The translations under genes were made by a program, and so were the position numbers. This document shows, piece by piece, positions 1 to 9,692 of a DNA stretch of 54,860 nt. The stretch is from positions 1 to 54,860 of the forward strand of contig CAMDNC010000001.1 of assembly GCA_945902755.1 (NCBI GenBank), in the 5' to 3' direction. Numbering within the stretch: position 1 is the stretch's first letter; every line of letters begins with the position of its first letter. Origin of the DNA: Flavipsychrobacter stenotrophus. GTDB lineage: Bacteria > Bacteroidota > Bacteroidia > Chitinophagales > Chitinophagaceae. The notes below the pieces were generated by a model that saw only the letters and a list, made by a program, of their open reading frames with translations, searched no databases and was not told the origin of the DNA.

Positions 1-3000
1 ACTGTAAGCGAATATACAGAAGTTACGGAAGGCGTTGCAGTAGGGTTGGCGGTAGTAGTGGACGATAAAGCTGGTCCGCTCCAAGCATAAGTTGTAGTAC
101 TGCCACTAGGGTTAGCTGTAAGCGTTACAGTACCACCATTACAGATAGGACCACTGTTATTAGGTGCAGCTGTAGGTGTAGTATTTACGGTAACATTTTT
201 CGTTACTGTTGTATTACATCCATGAGTATTAGTTACTGAATACGAAATGGAAACAGTACCAGCAGAAATAGCTGTCACATCACCACTTGTGCCTATCGAA
301 GCTATAGTTGTTGAGCTGCTGGACCATACACCTCCGCCTGTACTATTCGAAAACGTAAATGTTCCACCACTGCACATAAAATCTACACCAGAAATAGCTG
401 TAACTGCAGGTAATGGATTAACAGATACTGTAGAATTTGAAATAGATGTACAACTAAATTCATTTGTTACACTATAGGTGATATTTACAATGCCTGATGC
501 AACTCCAGTTATTAATCCAGAAGAACTTATTGTTGCAATAGAAATATCGCTACTGCTCCATACACCACCTGTAGTAGGTGTGCTGTAAGCTATAGTAGAT
601 CCAACACAGACAGATGTAGGACCTGTGATGGAGACAACAGTAGGTAGTGGATTAACCGTAACTATTGCATTCGTTTGATTACTACATCCAAAACCATTAG
701 TAACGGTGTAACTTACATTACTTGTACCAGCAGTTATTCCAGTGATTATGCCTGAACTACTGCCAATAGTAGCGGTGCTAGATGCACTACTACTCCATTC
801 GCCACCAGTAGTGGCGCTTGATAATGTGTAACTAGCTGTTTCGCATAATATCAAAGTGCCAGTTATTGCAGCTACTGTCGGTAACGGATTAACAGTTACT
901 GATGTGTTTACTTCAGTAGTACAGCTGAATCCATTTGTAACACTGTATGTAATCTCTGCAGTTCCTGCCGATTCTCCAGATACTATCCCGCTGCTGCTTC
1001 CAACTATTGCAACTGAACTGTTACTACTTGTCCATATTCCACCAGTGGCAATGTTAGATAGGGTAGTGGTGCTATTATCACATACTGTTGTTGTACCTGT
1101 TATGGCTGGTACTGTTGGGTATGGGTTAATCGTTATTGTTGCACTTCCTTGGGGCCCCCAGCAGCCACTTTCAGATCTTGCCCGGAAGTAGTATGTACCA
1201 CTGGAAGTTATTAATTGTGATGATGCAGGTGTTGCTGTTGATGTGCCGTTAGATGTTGTGCCTTGATAATACATTGTACCGTCGCCACCGTTAGTAGCTG
1301 TAATGGTTGTGCTGCCACAATAGGTGCCTGGTGCGCTAACTGTAGTGCTCGCTGGTAATGCGTTTACACTCACTGTGGTACTGTTAGTTCTTGTGCATCC
1401 TGTAGCCGGTAACGTTACCGTTGTTGTATATGTTGTGGTTGCTGCAGGAGATGCATAAATCGTTGTTCGATCATCACCAGAATATGCAGTTGTTAGGCCA
1501 GCGTCAGTGTAAAGTCCTGTATTTGGAGACCAAGTATATGATTGTGGCAAATTGTAGTTTACATTAATACTCCAAGAAGTAAGTATGCCATCGTCACCAC
1601 TAGCATGGTCGCGTAAAATCAATTCCCATGTACCATTTGGTAAACTGTACAGATTACTGAATGTACTTACGTTTGAGAGGTTACCAGTAGCGCCAGCTGC
1701 TAATGCTGCCGTTGCTGAATAAGTTCCTGTATATGGGGCAGCACTAGCTGCAAAGGTGGTGACACCGGTCGAGCTTATAATTGTGTTTGTGAAGTTGTCA
1801 CCCCCAGCACCATGTTGGTTAAACAGGTTTAATATGTTGCCATTAGGTGCTTTAAGGTTAATTGATACATCTCCTACATAGGTATGACTCATGTTCAGGG
1901 TAATCGTCATTGCAGTGATAACGGCCCCAGTTGGTACATCGGTTATTGAAAGTGGTGTTATAGATCCCGTTGTCGTTAAGTCGTTGACAATTAAAGAGAT
2001 TGCTCCAGATGACACATTTGTACTTCCAGTCGCAGCTGGTGTAGCAGAACCAGTTAGGGCAACATTGTCTCCTAAGCAAATAGTGCTAGTAGATGGGGTA
2101 ATGGTTAGTACAGACGGTGACACATAAACACCTTGCAGGTAAGTAGCATTTGTGCAGCCATTTGCTAGAGCATAAGTAAGTGTAGTTGTACCAGCACTAA
2201 TACCGGTAAATGCACCTGTAGTGGTGTTGATACTGCCCACAGCTGGAACTGAACTAGTCCATGTTCCACCGCTTGAAACACCTGTGGGTGAGTAAGTAAT
2301 ACCCGCGCATATACCTGTGCCACCAGATATTGCTGGAGTTTGGTTAACAGTAAATATAGCACTGGCTGGTGTTCCACATCCATTCGAGTAGGATATTACA
2401 GTAGTGCCAGCACTTAGTCCACTTACTACACCAGTACTTGCTCCAACAGTTCCAACAGCCGTATTACTGCTGCTCCATGCTCCTAATCCTCCCGGATTAC
2501 TCAGCGTGCTGTTAAGTCCCGAGCATACACTTGTTGTGCCTGTAATAGCAGCTGGAGAACCATTTACTACAAATGTGGCAGTAGTGAAGCAGCCAGCTAC
2601 AGTGTAAGTTATAGTGGTAGTGCCTGCACTACCACCAGCAGTAACCAGACCTGCTGAATTAATGCTAGCGATACCCGGAGTACTGCTGCTCCACGTACCA
2701 CTTGGAGTACTGCTGCTCAGTGCACTCGTTCCGCCAATACAAGCACTCAATGTTCCAGTAATTGCACTTGGCGATGGATTAACTGTAACTGTTGCTATTG
2801 CGTTGCTAGCGCATCCTGTACTTGGCAATGTAGCAGATACTGTATAGACGCTTGATGTTGCAGGTGATGCATAGACTGTAGCTAGTTCTGTTCCTGTGTA
2901 AGGTGTAACTAGACCCGCATCAGTAAATAGTCCAGTAGTAGGTGCCCAAGTGAGCGGAGGTGCACTCACATAATTTATATTGATACTCCAAGAAGTTAAT

Positions 3001-6000
3001 GATCCAGCATCTGGTGTTGTGATGTCATTCAATACTAATGACCACGTGCCATTAGGTATACTATATAAAGATGTAAAAGTTGAAACGTTTGACGTGTTAC
3101 CAGTAGCTCCAACTCCAATATTAGCAGTAGGTGCGTATGTGCCAGTATAAGGAGGTGTGCCTCCACTAATAGCCGTTGAACCAGAAGAGCTGACAACTGT
3201 ATTTGTAAAGTTGTCTCCACTGCTTCCATGTTGGTTAAACAAGTTCAATATGTTTCCATTAGGAGCTTTTAGGTTTACAATCATGTCACCTATCCAGGGG
3301 TGAATCATATTCATTGTTACAGCTACTCCAGTAATCGTGGAACCTGTAGGTATTCCAGAAACAGATAATGATGCAATAACTCCAGCAGCTAATCCATCTG
3401 TTACAGATAAAGAAATAGTGCCTGACGATAGACTGAAAACGCCTGGTATGATGGGACTTGTACTAGCAGTAAATGCAGTACCAAAACCAGCACATATTGT
3501 TGCACTTGATGATGGAGAGATTGATACTGCTGCCGGAGTAGTATTGATTGTTTGAATTCTTGATGCAGCTGTACCGCAACCATTTGAATAACTTATCGTT
3601 ACAGTTCCAGCACTAATACCTGTTAGTACACCAGTTGTAGATACTATTGTAGCAATAGATCCATCAGAACTTGCCCATGTACCACCTGTAGCTGTATTTG
3701 TCAGATTGGTTGTGGCGCCTACACATCCGTTTGTAGATCCAATTATTGTTCCCGGCGTTCCATTTATAGTAACAGTTGTAGTAGCAGGTGTGCCGCATCC
3801 GTTGTTGTAAGTAATAACAGAAGTTCCAGCACTGACACCAGACATTAAACCAGATGTTGAATTGATTGTAGCTATCGATATGTCGCTGCTACTCCATGTT
3901 CCTCCAGCTTCTAGATTGCTGAGTGTGGTGGTTGTCGCGGAACATATTGAGGTGATACCAGTAATGCCAGCAGGACCTCCATTAATCGTCACTACTAAGG
4001 TTGCTGCAGGACATCCATTGCCTAGATCATATGTCAACATAGAAGTGCCGCCTGTTATTCCAGTTAATATACCAGTGCCAGATTCTATTGTTGCAATAGC
4101 AGGATTGCTGCTACTCCATGTGCCACCTGAAACAGGATTAGAATATGTAGATGTTGCACCCGCACAAACTACCGTTGCGCCGCTTATGGTGCTAGGTGTA
4201 GCTAATACAGTCACGATTTTGCTGGCAGGAGTACCGCATCCATTTGAATAACTTATTGCAGCTGTTCCTGAAGCAATTCCTGTTACAATACCGCTAGCGT
4301 CTACCGTGGCAACGCTAACATTTCCGCTGCTCCATGTACCGGTACCACCAGCATTGAACAAACTTGTAGTGCTACCTGAACATACTGTTGAAGATCCAGT
4401 AATTGCACTAGGAGATCCATTTACTGCGAAAGTTACAACTGCCGGACAACCAGCAACAATATAGCTGATTGTTGCCGTTCCTGAAGTTGCTCCTGCTGTT
4501 ACAATTCCAGTAGTATTCACAGTTGCTATTGTAGGTGTGCTACTACTCCACGTTCCACCTATGCTAGTACTGCTCAGAGCACTAGAAGCTGTTATACAAG
4601 CGCTTAAAGTTCCTGTTATGGGGGCAGGAGATGGGTTCACTACCAGCGCTGACGTTGTTTTACAGCCAGTTGCAGATAGCGTAAACGTTATCACTGACGT
4701 GCCTGACGAAGCTCCTGTTGCCACACCACTACTGCTGCCAATAGTTGCTACCGATATGTTACTGCTTTCCCATGTTCCCGGTCCACTTGTATTACTAAGC
4801 GCAGTTGACAACGCTTCGCACACGGTCAAAGATCCAGTGATAGTAGCAGGTAATGGGTTCACTGTTGTAACTCTACTAATGCTACATCCTGTTGTGCCTA
4901 GCGTGAAAGTAATATTTGCTGTTCCAGCTCCGTTACCAGTTACTACACCGGTTGCACCATCTACACTTGCAATGCCGATATTGCTACTCGCCCATGTACC
5001 AGTTCCGGATGTGTTGGTGAGTGTTGTGTTGCTACCAATACACACTGAGCTGCTGCCAGATATTGCATTGGGTTGGCTAACAGTAATAGTTTTATAGACT
5101 GGGCATCCAAGGTTTGTTATGTAAGTAATACTAGCTGTGCCAGCGCTAACTCCAGTTATCAATCCAGTGGCAGAATTTATTGTTGCCACTTCGGTGTTGC
5201 TACTACTCCAATTACCTCCAGTAGTTGCATTTGTATATGTGGTAGTTGATCCTACGCATATCGTGGTCACTCCACTGATAGCTGGTGTATTACATGAAAT
5301 ATTCACGTAGTAATCTTCAGTTTCGCCGTAAGTATAAACTGTACATGCGTCTGTATTAGCTAGGGTTGCGTTGTATCTACATCTTGCCCTCATTCTAACT
5401 ATACCCGGTATTGCAGTAGATGGGATGCTAACTGTCGCAGCTCGTGTAACACCATTTCCAGAACCAATAAACGTATATTCAGTAGCGTCAAATGTACCGT
5501 TGTGGTTATAGTCAATCCACACTGCTCCATATTGTGTACCGCCAGTACCTAATCCCATTGTAAGGGTATAGCCAGTGCCTTGTGTAACCGATGCTACTGG
5601 AGTGGAATAAAGGGTCAAATTTGCGCAACCACTTGTTTGGTTGATTCCTGCAAAGTTTATGCTTGTTATAATGTCGGAAAACGAGCAGTTGGAAGAAGGT
5701 GCACAATATGTAGGTGCACAACTAGCATAAGGGTTTACTGTAACGACTCTTGTGGAAGGTGTGCCACAGCCTGAACTGTAGGTTATGGTTGCAGTACCAT
5801 TATTAACACCCGTTATTACGCCTGATGTATTTACTGAAGCAACACTTCCGTTGCTACTTATCCATGTTCCACCTGATGGTGTGCTGCTTAAGCTGGTCGT
5901 TGATCCTTGGCAAACTGTTGCCGTGCCAGTAATAGCAGTTGAATTTGAATTTACACTTACGATTACTGTAGCATTTGGCGCGCATCCGTTACTGTAAGTT

Positions 6001-8567
6001 ATTGTTGCCGTCCCTACGCTTGCGCCACTTACTACACCAGTTGTACTTACTACAGGTGCTACTGTAGGGTTGCTACTATTCCACACTCCACCAGTGCTAG
6101 TATTATTCAAAGTGGTACTACTGCTCAGGCAAGCAAGTGTAGTTCCTGTTATTGCTGCAGGTACCGCATTCAAACTTATGATTCTTGTAGCTGTTCCACA
6201 GCCGTTGATGTAACTTAAGGTTACAGTTCCTTGCGTCAATCCGTTAGTTATTCCAGAAGTGCTGCCTATAGCAGCTATTGCAGCGTTGCTGCTACTCCAT
6301 GTACCACCTGTCGATGAGTTTAGGTATGTACTGCTAGAACCCGTACAAATAAATGATGTTCCGGAAATGCTACCAGGAGTAGTTTGCACAGCTATATTCA
6401 ATGCAGCATCAGCACATCCGTTACTTAGGCTGTAGGTTATGTTTGTAGTGCCCACACTTACTGGTGTCAGTATACCAGTACTTGAATTTATTGTTGCTAC
6501 CGATGTGTTACTGCTGCTCCATGTACCACCTGTTACGCCATTGGTATATGTAGTATTACTGCCCATACAGGCTATTGTTGCACCAGTAATCGATGTAGGT
6601 GTTTGGTTTACTGTTACAACTATACTTGCAGGTGTACCACATCCATTCGAATAAGATATGATTGCCGTTCCGGCCGTTGCACCAGTTATTATGCCAGATG
6701 TTGCGCCAGCAATTGCCACACCAGGGTTACTACTTGTCCAGTTACCTACACCGCCAGCGTTAGCGAGTGATGTTGTGGTTCCTGTACAAAAAATAGTGGT
6801 TCCAGTTATCGAAGGATCGGGCGATCCATTAACAGCAAAAGTTGCAATCGACGGACAGCCAGCTACTGAGTATGTTATTGTCGTCGTACCTGCGGTGCTT
6901 CCGGCAGTTACCACACCGCCACTGCTAATGCTTGCGATAGACGGGTTACTACTAGTCCATACTCCTCCAGAGGTGGTGTTAGATAATGTACTGCTAGCTG
7001 TGATACAAGCAGTTAATGTTCCGCTTATAGGTGCGGGTGAAGGATTTACTGTTACTACTGCTGTGTTAATACACCCTGTCGATGCTAATGCAAATGTAAT
7101 GTTGGTAGTACCAGCTCCCACACCTGTTACTACACCGTCACTGCTCCCTATCAATGCTATAGTAGCGTTTCCTGAACTCCAAGTACCAGCACCCGAAGCA
7201 TTTGTTAGTGTTGTAGTTAGAAGAGGGCAAACCGTTGAACTACCCCCGATAGCAGCTGGTGCTGCGTTAACAGTTACCGTTGTGAATACACTACATCCAG
7301 TAGATGTGAGCGTGAATGTTATTGTTGCCGTGCCAGCACTTACTCCACTTACTATTCCGCTTGATAGTCCAACTGTTGCTATACTAGTATTACTGCTAGT
7401 CCATGTTCCAATCCCTGATATGTTGGTCAATGCTATAGTATTACTTGGGCATATTGCACCAGTATTTCCACTAATGGGCAATGGCGTAGTGGTGTTGTAG
7501 GTAGCACTGCCTTCATTTCCCCAACAACCTAATGTAGTTCTAGCTCTGAAATAATAGGTTCCGTTACTGCTGATAGTTTGCGAAGTAGATGGAGTACCTG
7601 TCGAAGTTCCATTAGATGTTGTATTCTGAAAGTATATAGTTCCACCACTACCTCCACTTGCAGATAATGTTGCACTAGTACCCACACAGAAAGTTCCTCC
7701 ACCACTTACGGACACTGCACCTGCTGACGGATTAACAGTTACTACACTTGTCGTTGTATTGCCGCAGGTATTTGTAAATGTTATAGTTGCTGTTCCTGCT
7801 GCTATACCCGTCACAACGCCTGATGAGTTGATACTAGCTATTGCAGCATTGCTGCTACTCCATGTTCCGCTACCGGTATTACTAATAGTAGTAGTGCTTC
7901 CGACACACACTGAAGTAGTACCTGTATTGGCATCTGGAAGGGGACAATATGTGAGTGAAATATTGTCAACTGCTGCAGGAGGTGTACTGCCTGCACTGTT
8001 GTCATTTTGCCATGTAAATATTATCCTAAATGTTGTTCCTGCGACTCCTGATAATGTTACTGATTGCGTAGTATAGGTGCTAAAAAAACTACTTTGTGTA
8101 TATCGTAGTGTAGCACCTGACAGCGTTGTTGAACTAGACAAAGGTGTTCCTGCTACTGGTGTCACTGTTGTGGGTGCAGTATACACTAGTAGCCGGTCAT
8201 AGTTCACTTCTCCATTTCCTTTTAGCGACCAGGACAGTACAACATTTGTTGCACCTGCTGGTATCGTTACATTTCTGTAAAAGTGACCTGTTCTGGATGT
8301 TGTAGTCGAATAAGTGTTACTTAGGGTAGTGCCCCAATAGGCACCTCTACTGCCAGTATATCCTGTAGCTCTGGTGCCTACTTGCCAAAACTGAGTGGTA
8401 GGCGAGACAACTGTCCAACCGTTAGCAGGAAAGGTTGTACCTGTTTCAAATCCACCATCTCCCGTTGGGCTAATAACAGTTGTTGTTTGTGCATTTACAG
8501 CACTAACGAACCCGATCAATAGAGTAGTTAGTATTCTTGTCACACTTTTGTAAATTGTACTGTTCAT
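1..8567 (-). CDS. Giant secreted adhesin-like protein, at least 2855 aa, C-terminus beyond the window. Contains Big_2-like repeats, a GEVED domain and two P_proprotein-like domains; probable T9SS cargo
   Basis: Translated by hand from CAT at 8565-8567: MNSTIYKSVTRILTTLLIGFVSAVNA-QTTVISPTGDGGFETG (signal peptide). The frame stays open to ...VYSLT at base 3. It is absent from the ORF track because it has no stop codon. The series of V/P/A-rich + strand shadow ORFs (247, 856, 1891 ... 7759) all share one frame, which fits no frameshift. Motifs: GETEDY at 5310-5327 and LKAPNGNILNLFNQHG twice. Confidence 0.93.
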   Translation of the reverse strand, partial: MNSTIYKSVTRILTTLLIGFVSAVNAQTTTVISPTGDGGFETGTTFPANGWTVVSPTTQFWQVGTRATGYTGSRGAYWGTTLSNTYSTTTSRTGHFYRNVTIPAGATNVVLSWSLKGNGEVNYDRLLVYTAPTTVTPVAGTPLSSSTTLSGATLRYTQSSFFSTYTTQSVTLSGVAGTTFRIIFTWQNDNSAGSTPPAAVDNISLTYCPLPDANTGTTSVCVGSTTTISNTGSGTWSSSNAAIASINSSGVVTGIAAGTATITFTNTCGNTTTSVVTVNPSAGAVSVSGGGTFCVGTSATLSASGGSGGTIYFQNTTSNGTSTGTPSTSQTISSNGTYYFRARTTLGCWGNEGSATYNTTTPLPISGNTGAICPSNTIALTNISGIGTWTSSNTSIATVGLSSGIVSGVSAGTATITFTLTSTGCSVFTTVTVNAAPAAIGGSSTVCPLLTTTLTNASGAGTWSSGNATIALIGSSDGVVTGVGAGTTNITFALASTGCINTAVVTVNPSPAPISGTLTACITASSTLSNTTSGGVWTSSNPSIASISSGGVVTAGSTAGTTTITYSVAGCPSIATFAVNGSPDPSITGTTIFCTGTTTSLANAGGVGNWTSSNPGVAIAGATSGIITGATAGTAIISYSNGCGTPASIVVTVNQTPTSITGATIACMGSNTTYTNGVTGGTWSSSNTSVATINSSTGILTPVSVGTTNITYSLSNGCADAALNIAVQTTPGSISGTSFICTGSSSTYLNSSTGGTWSSSNAAIAAIGSTSGITNGLTQGTVTLSYINGCGTATRIISLNAVPAAITGTTLACLSSSTTLNNTSTGGVWNSSNPTVAPVVSTTGVVSGASVGTATITYSNGCAPNATVIVSVNSNSTAITGTATVCQGSTTSLSSTPSGGTWISSNGSVASVNTSGVITGVNNGTATITYSSGCGTPSTRVVTVNPYASCAPTYCAPSSNCSFSDIITSINFAGINQTSGCANLTLYSTPVASVTQGTGYTLTMGLGTGGTQYGAVWIDYNHNGTFDATEYTFIGSGNGVTRAATVSIPSTAIPGIVRMRARCRYNATLANTDACTVYTYGETEDYYVNISCNTPAISGVTTICVGSTTTYTNATTGGNWSSSNTEVATINSATGLITGVSAGTASITYITNLGCPVYKTITVSQPNAISGSSSVCIGSNTTLTNTSGTGTWASSNIGIASVDGATGVVTGNGAGTANITFTLGTTGCSISRVTTVNPLPATITGSLTVCEALSTALSNTSGPGTWESSNISVATIGSSSGVATGASSGTSVITFTLSATGCKTTSALVVNPSPAPITGTLSACITASSALSSTSIGGTWSSSTPTIATVNTTGIVTAGATSGTATISYIVAGCPAVVTFAVNGSPSAITGSSTVCSGSTTSLFNAGGTGTWSSGNVSVATVDASGIVTGIASGTAAISYSNGCGTPASKIVTVLATPSTISGATVVCAGATSTYSNPVSGGTWSSSNPAIATIESGTGILTGITGGTSMLTYDLGNGCPAATLVVTINGGPAGITGITSICSATTTTLSNLEAGGTWSSSDISIATINSTSGLMSGVSAGTSVITYNNGCGTPATTTVTINGTPGTIIGSTNGCVGATTNLTNTATGGTWASSDGSIATIVSTTGVLTGISAGTVTISYSNGCGTAASRIQTINTTPAAVSISPSSSATICAGFGTAFTASTSPIIPGVFSLSSGTISLSVTDGLAAGVIASLSVSGIPTGSTITGVAVTMNMIHPWIGDMIVNLKAPNGNILNLFNQHGSSGDNFTNTVVSSSGSTAISGGTPPYTGTYAPTANIGVGATGNTSNVSTFTSLYSIPNGTWSLVLNDITTPDAGSLTSWSININYVSAPPLTWAPTTGLFTDAGLVTPYTGTELATVYASPATSSVYTVSATLPSTGCASNAIATVTVNPSPSAITGTLSACIGGTSALSSSTPSGTWSSSTPGIASINSAGLVTAGGSAGTTTITYTVAGCFTTATFVVNGSPAAITGTTSVCSGLNSTLSNPGGLGAWSSSNTAVGTVGASTGVVSGLSAGTTVISYSNGCGTPASAIFTVNQTPAISGGTGICAGITYSPTGVSSGGTWTSSVPAVGSINTTTGAFTGISAGTTTLTYALANGCTNATYLQGVYVSPSVLTITPSTSTICLGDNVALTGSATPAATGSTNVSSGAISLIVNDLTTTGSITPLSITDVPTGAVITAMTITLNMSHTYVGDVSINLKAPNGNILNLFNQHGAGGDNFTNTIISSTGVTTFAASAAPYTGTYSATAALAAGATGNLSNVSTFSNLYSLPNGTWELILRDHASGDDGILTSWSINVNYNLPQSYTWSPNTGLYTDAGLTTAYSGDDRTTIYASPAATTTYTTTVTLPATGCTRTNSTTVSVNALPASTTVSAPGTYCGSTTITATNGGDGTMYYQGTTSNGTSTATPASSQLITSSGTYYFRARSESGCWGPQGSATITINPYPTVPAITGTTTVCDNSTTTLSNIATGGIWTSSNSSVAIVGSSSGIVSGESAGTAEITYSVTNGFSCTTEVNTSVTVNPLPTVAAITGTLILCETASYTLSSATTGGEWSSSASSTATIGSSSGIITGITAGTSNVSYTVTNGFGCSNQTNAIVTVNPLPTVVSITGPTSVCVGSTIAYSTPTTGGVWSSSDISIATISSSGLITGVASGIVNITYSVTNEFSCTSISNSTVSVNPLPAVTAISGVDFMCSGGTFTFSNSTGGGVWSSSSTTIASIGTSGDVTAISAGTVSISYSVTNTHGCNTTVTKNVTVNTTPTAAPNNSGPICNGGTVTLTANPSGSTTTYAWSGPALSSTTTANPTATPSVTSVYSLT

Positions 8568-9063
8568 GACTGTTAATTTTATGCTACAATAATGTTAAGA
8601 GGACTTTAAAGCTAAAAATATTTATTGTCAATTTCCAACACTGATTTACCAAATTTTCACGTTTTCTTTTTATCAACAATTCGTTGGTTAAGTTTTAGTT
8701 AATTTATTTTACCACTTTTTCAGCACTCATTCCAGTTTTGTGTTGGGATTTAGCTCATGTTTTTCTATTCTATTTTCTCAATTTTTTTGTAAAACACCAC
8801 TCTGTTAAGCATTTCAGAATTTCCTCAGTATATCTATTTGTTGAGCCTAAATATTATTTACAGACTAATGTATTTGCGTCTCTTTTGTTCTTTACAGTTT
8901 TATATTAGGCCCAATAATGCAAAAACTATTTTTAGTAGTATGGCAAAACGAAGGCGATTTTTCAGAAAATATGTAGATATCACTCATCATTTTGCATGTT
9001 TTTTGCCGAAATTTATTTCATTTGCCGTCTGTTGTTTTAACTTATTTCATACCCAATTTCCAA

Positions 9064-9678
9064 ATGCCAATAATTGAGTCATTATCTAATTTGCTGCCTC
9101 ATGGTGGAGAACTGTATTATTTCAAGAGTGCATTTAATGAGCAGGAATCTCAATTGATTTTTGATGATTTGATTAACAATGTATCCTGGAAACAAGAGCC
9201 AATTAAGATGTTTGGTAAATCTATTATGCAGCCACGCCTTACCGCTTTATATGGCAATGATGGAATGTCTTATGGCTATTCAGGAATAAGAATGCCAGCA
9301 ATAATCTGGACACCAACATTAAAGTTGGTAAAGGATAGGGTAGAGCATTTAACCCAATCATCGTATAATGTTTCTTTGCTCAACAGATATAGAGATCAGA
9401 ATGATAGTATGGGCTGGCATAGAGATAATGAGAAAGAATTAGGAAGGCAACCTGTAATAGCGTCCGTTAGTTTTGGTGCCACTCGTGCATTTCAGATACG
9501 CCCTTATAAGTTTAAAGAGCCACCCCGTACATTATATCTTGATAATGGCAGCATATTGTTAATGAAAGGAGACATGCAAACAAATTGGGAGCATCAGCTG
9601 CCCAAAACTGGGGTAGATGTGGGTACAAGAATTAATATAACATTTCGTTGTATACTTGATGCTAATCTGTCTTTCTGA
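9064..9678 (+). CDS. alkB: AlkB-family (ALKBH2/3-like) 2OG-Fe(II) dioxygenase
   Basis: QPRLTALYG, NRYRDQNDSMGWHRD (HxD), WEHQLPK and RINITFR motifs. ATG 9064 is preferred over the track's TTG 8992. Confidence 0.9.
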   Translation: MPIIESLSNLLPHGGELYYFKSAFNEQESQLIFDDLINNVSWKQEPIKMFGKSIMQPRLTALYGNDGMSYGYSGIRMPAIIWTPTLKLVKDRVEHLTQSSYNVSLLNRYRDQNDSMGWHRDNEKELGRQPVIASVSFGATRAFQIRPYKFKEPPRTLYLDNGSILLMKGDMQTNWEHQLPKTGVDVGTRINITFRCILDANLSF

Positions 9679-9692
9679 ATTGCAGGCTGTTA

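Noticed and set aside
247-8076. Many V/P/A/L-rich + strand ORFs (e.g. 6658-7500, 4537-5097)
   Set aside because: They are antisense shadows of the repetitive Thr/Ser/Gly-rich minus-strand gene and fall in one fixed frame relative to it.
8994-9008. Minus-strand CGGCAAAAAACATGC (GG-N10-GC), and AGGCACG at 28029-28035, as sigma-54 sites for the giant adhesins
   Set aside because: The first has a poor -24 context and is about 430 nt from the ATG. The second lacks a -12 element.
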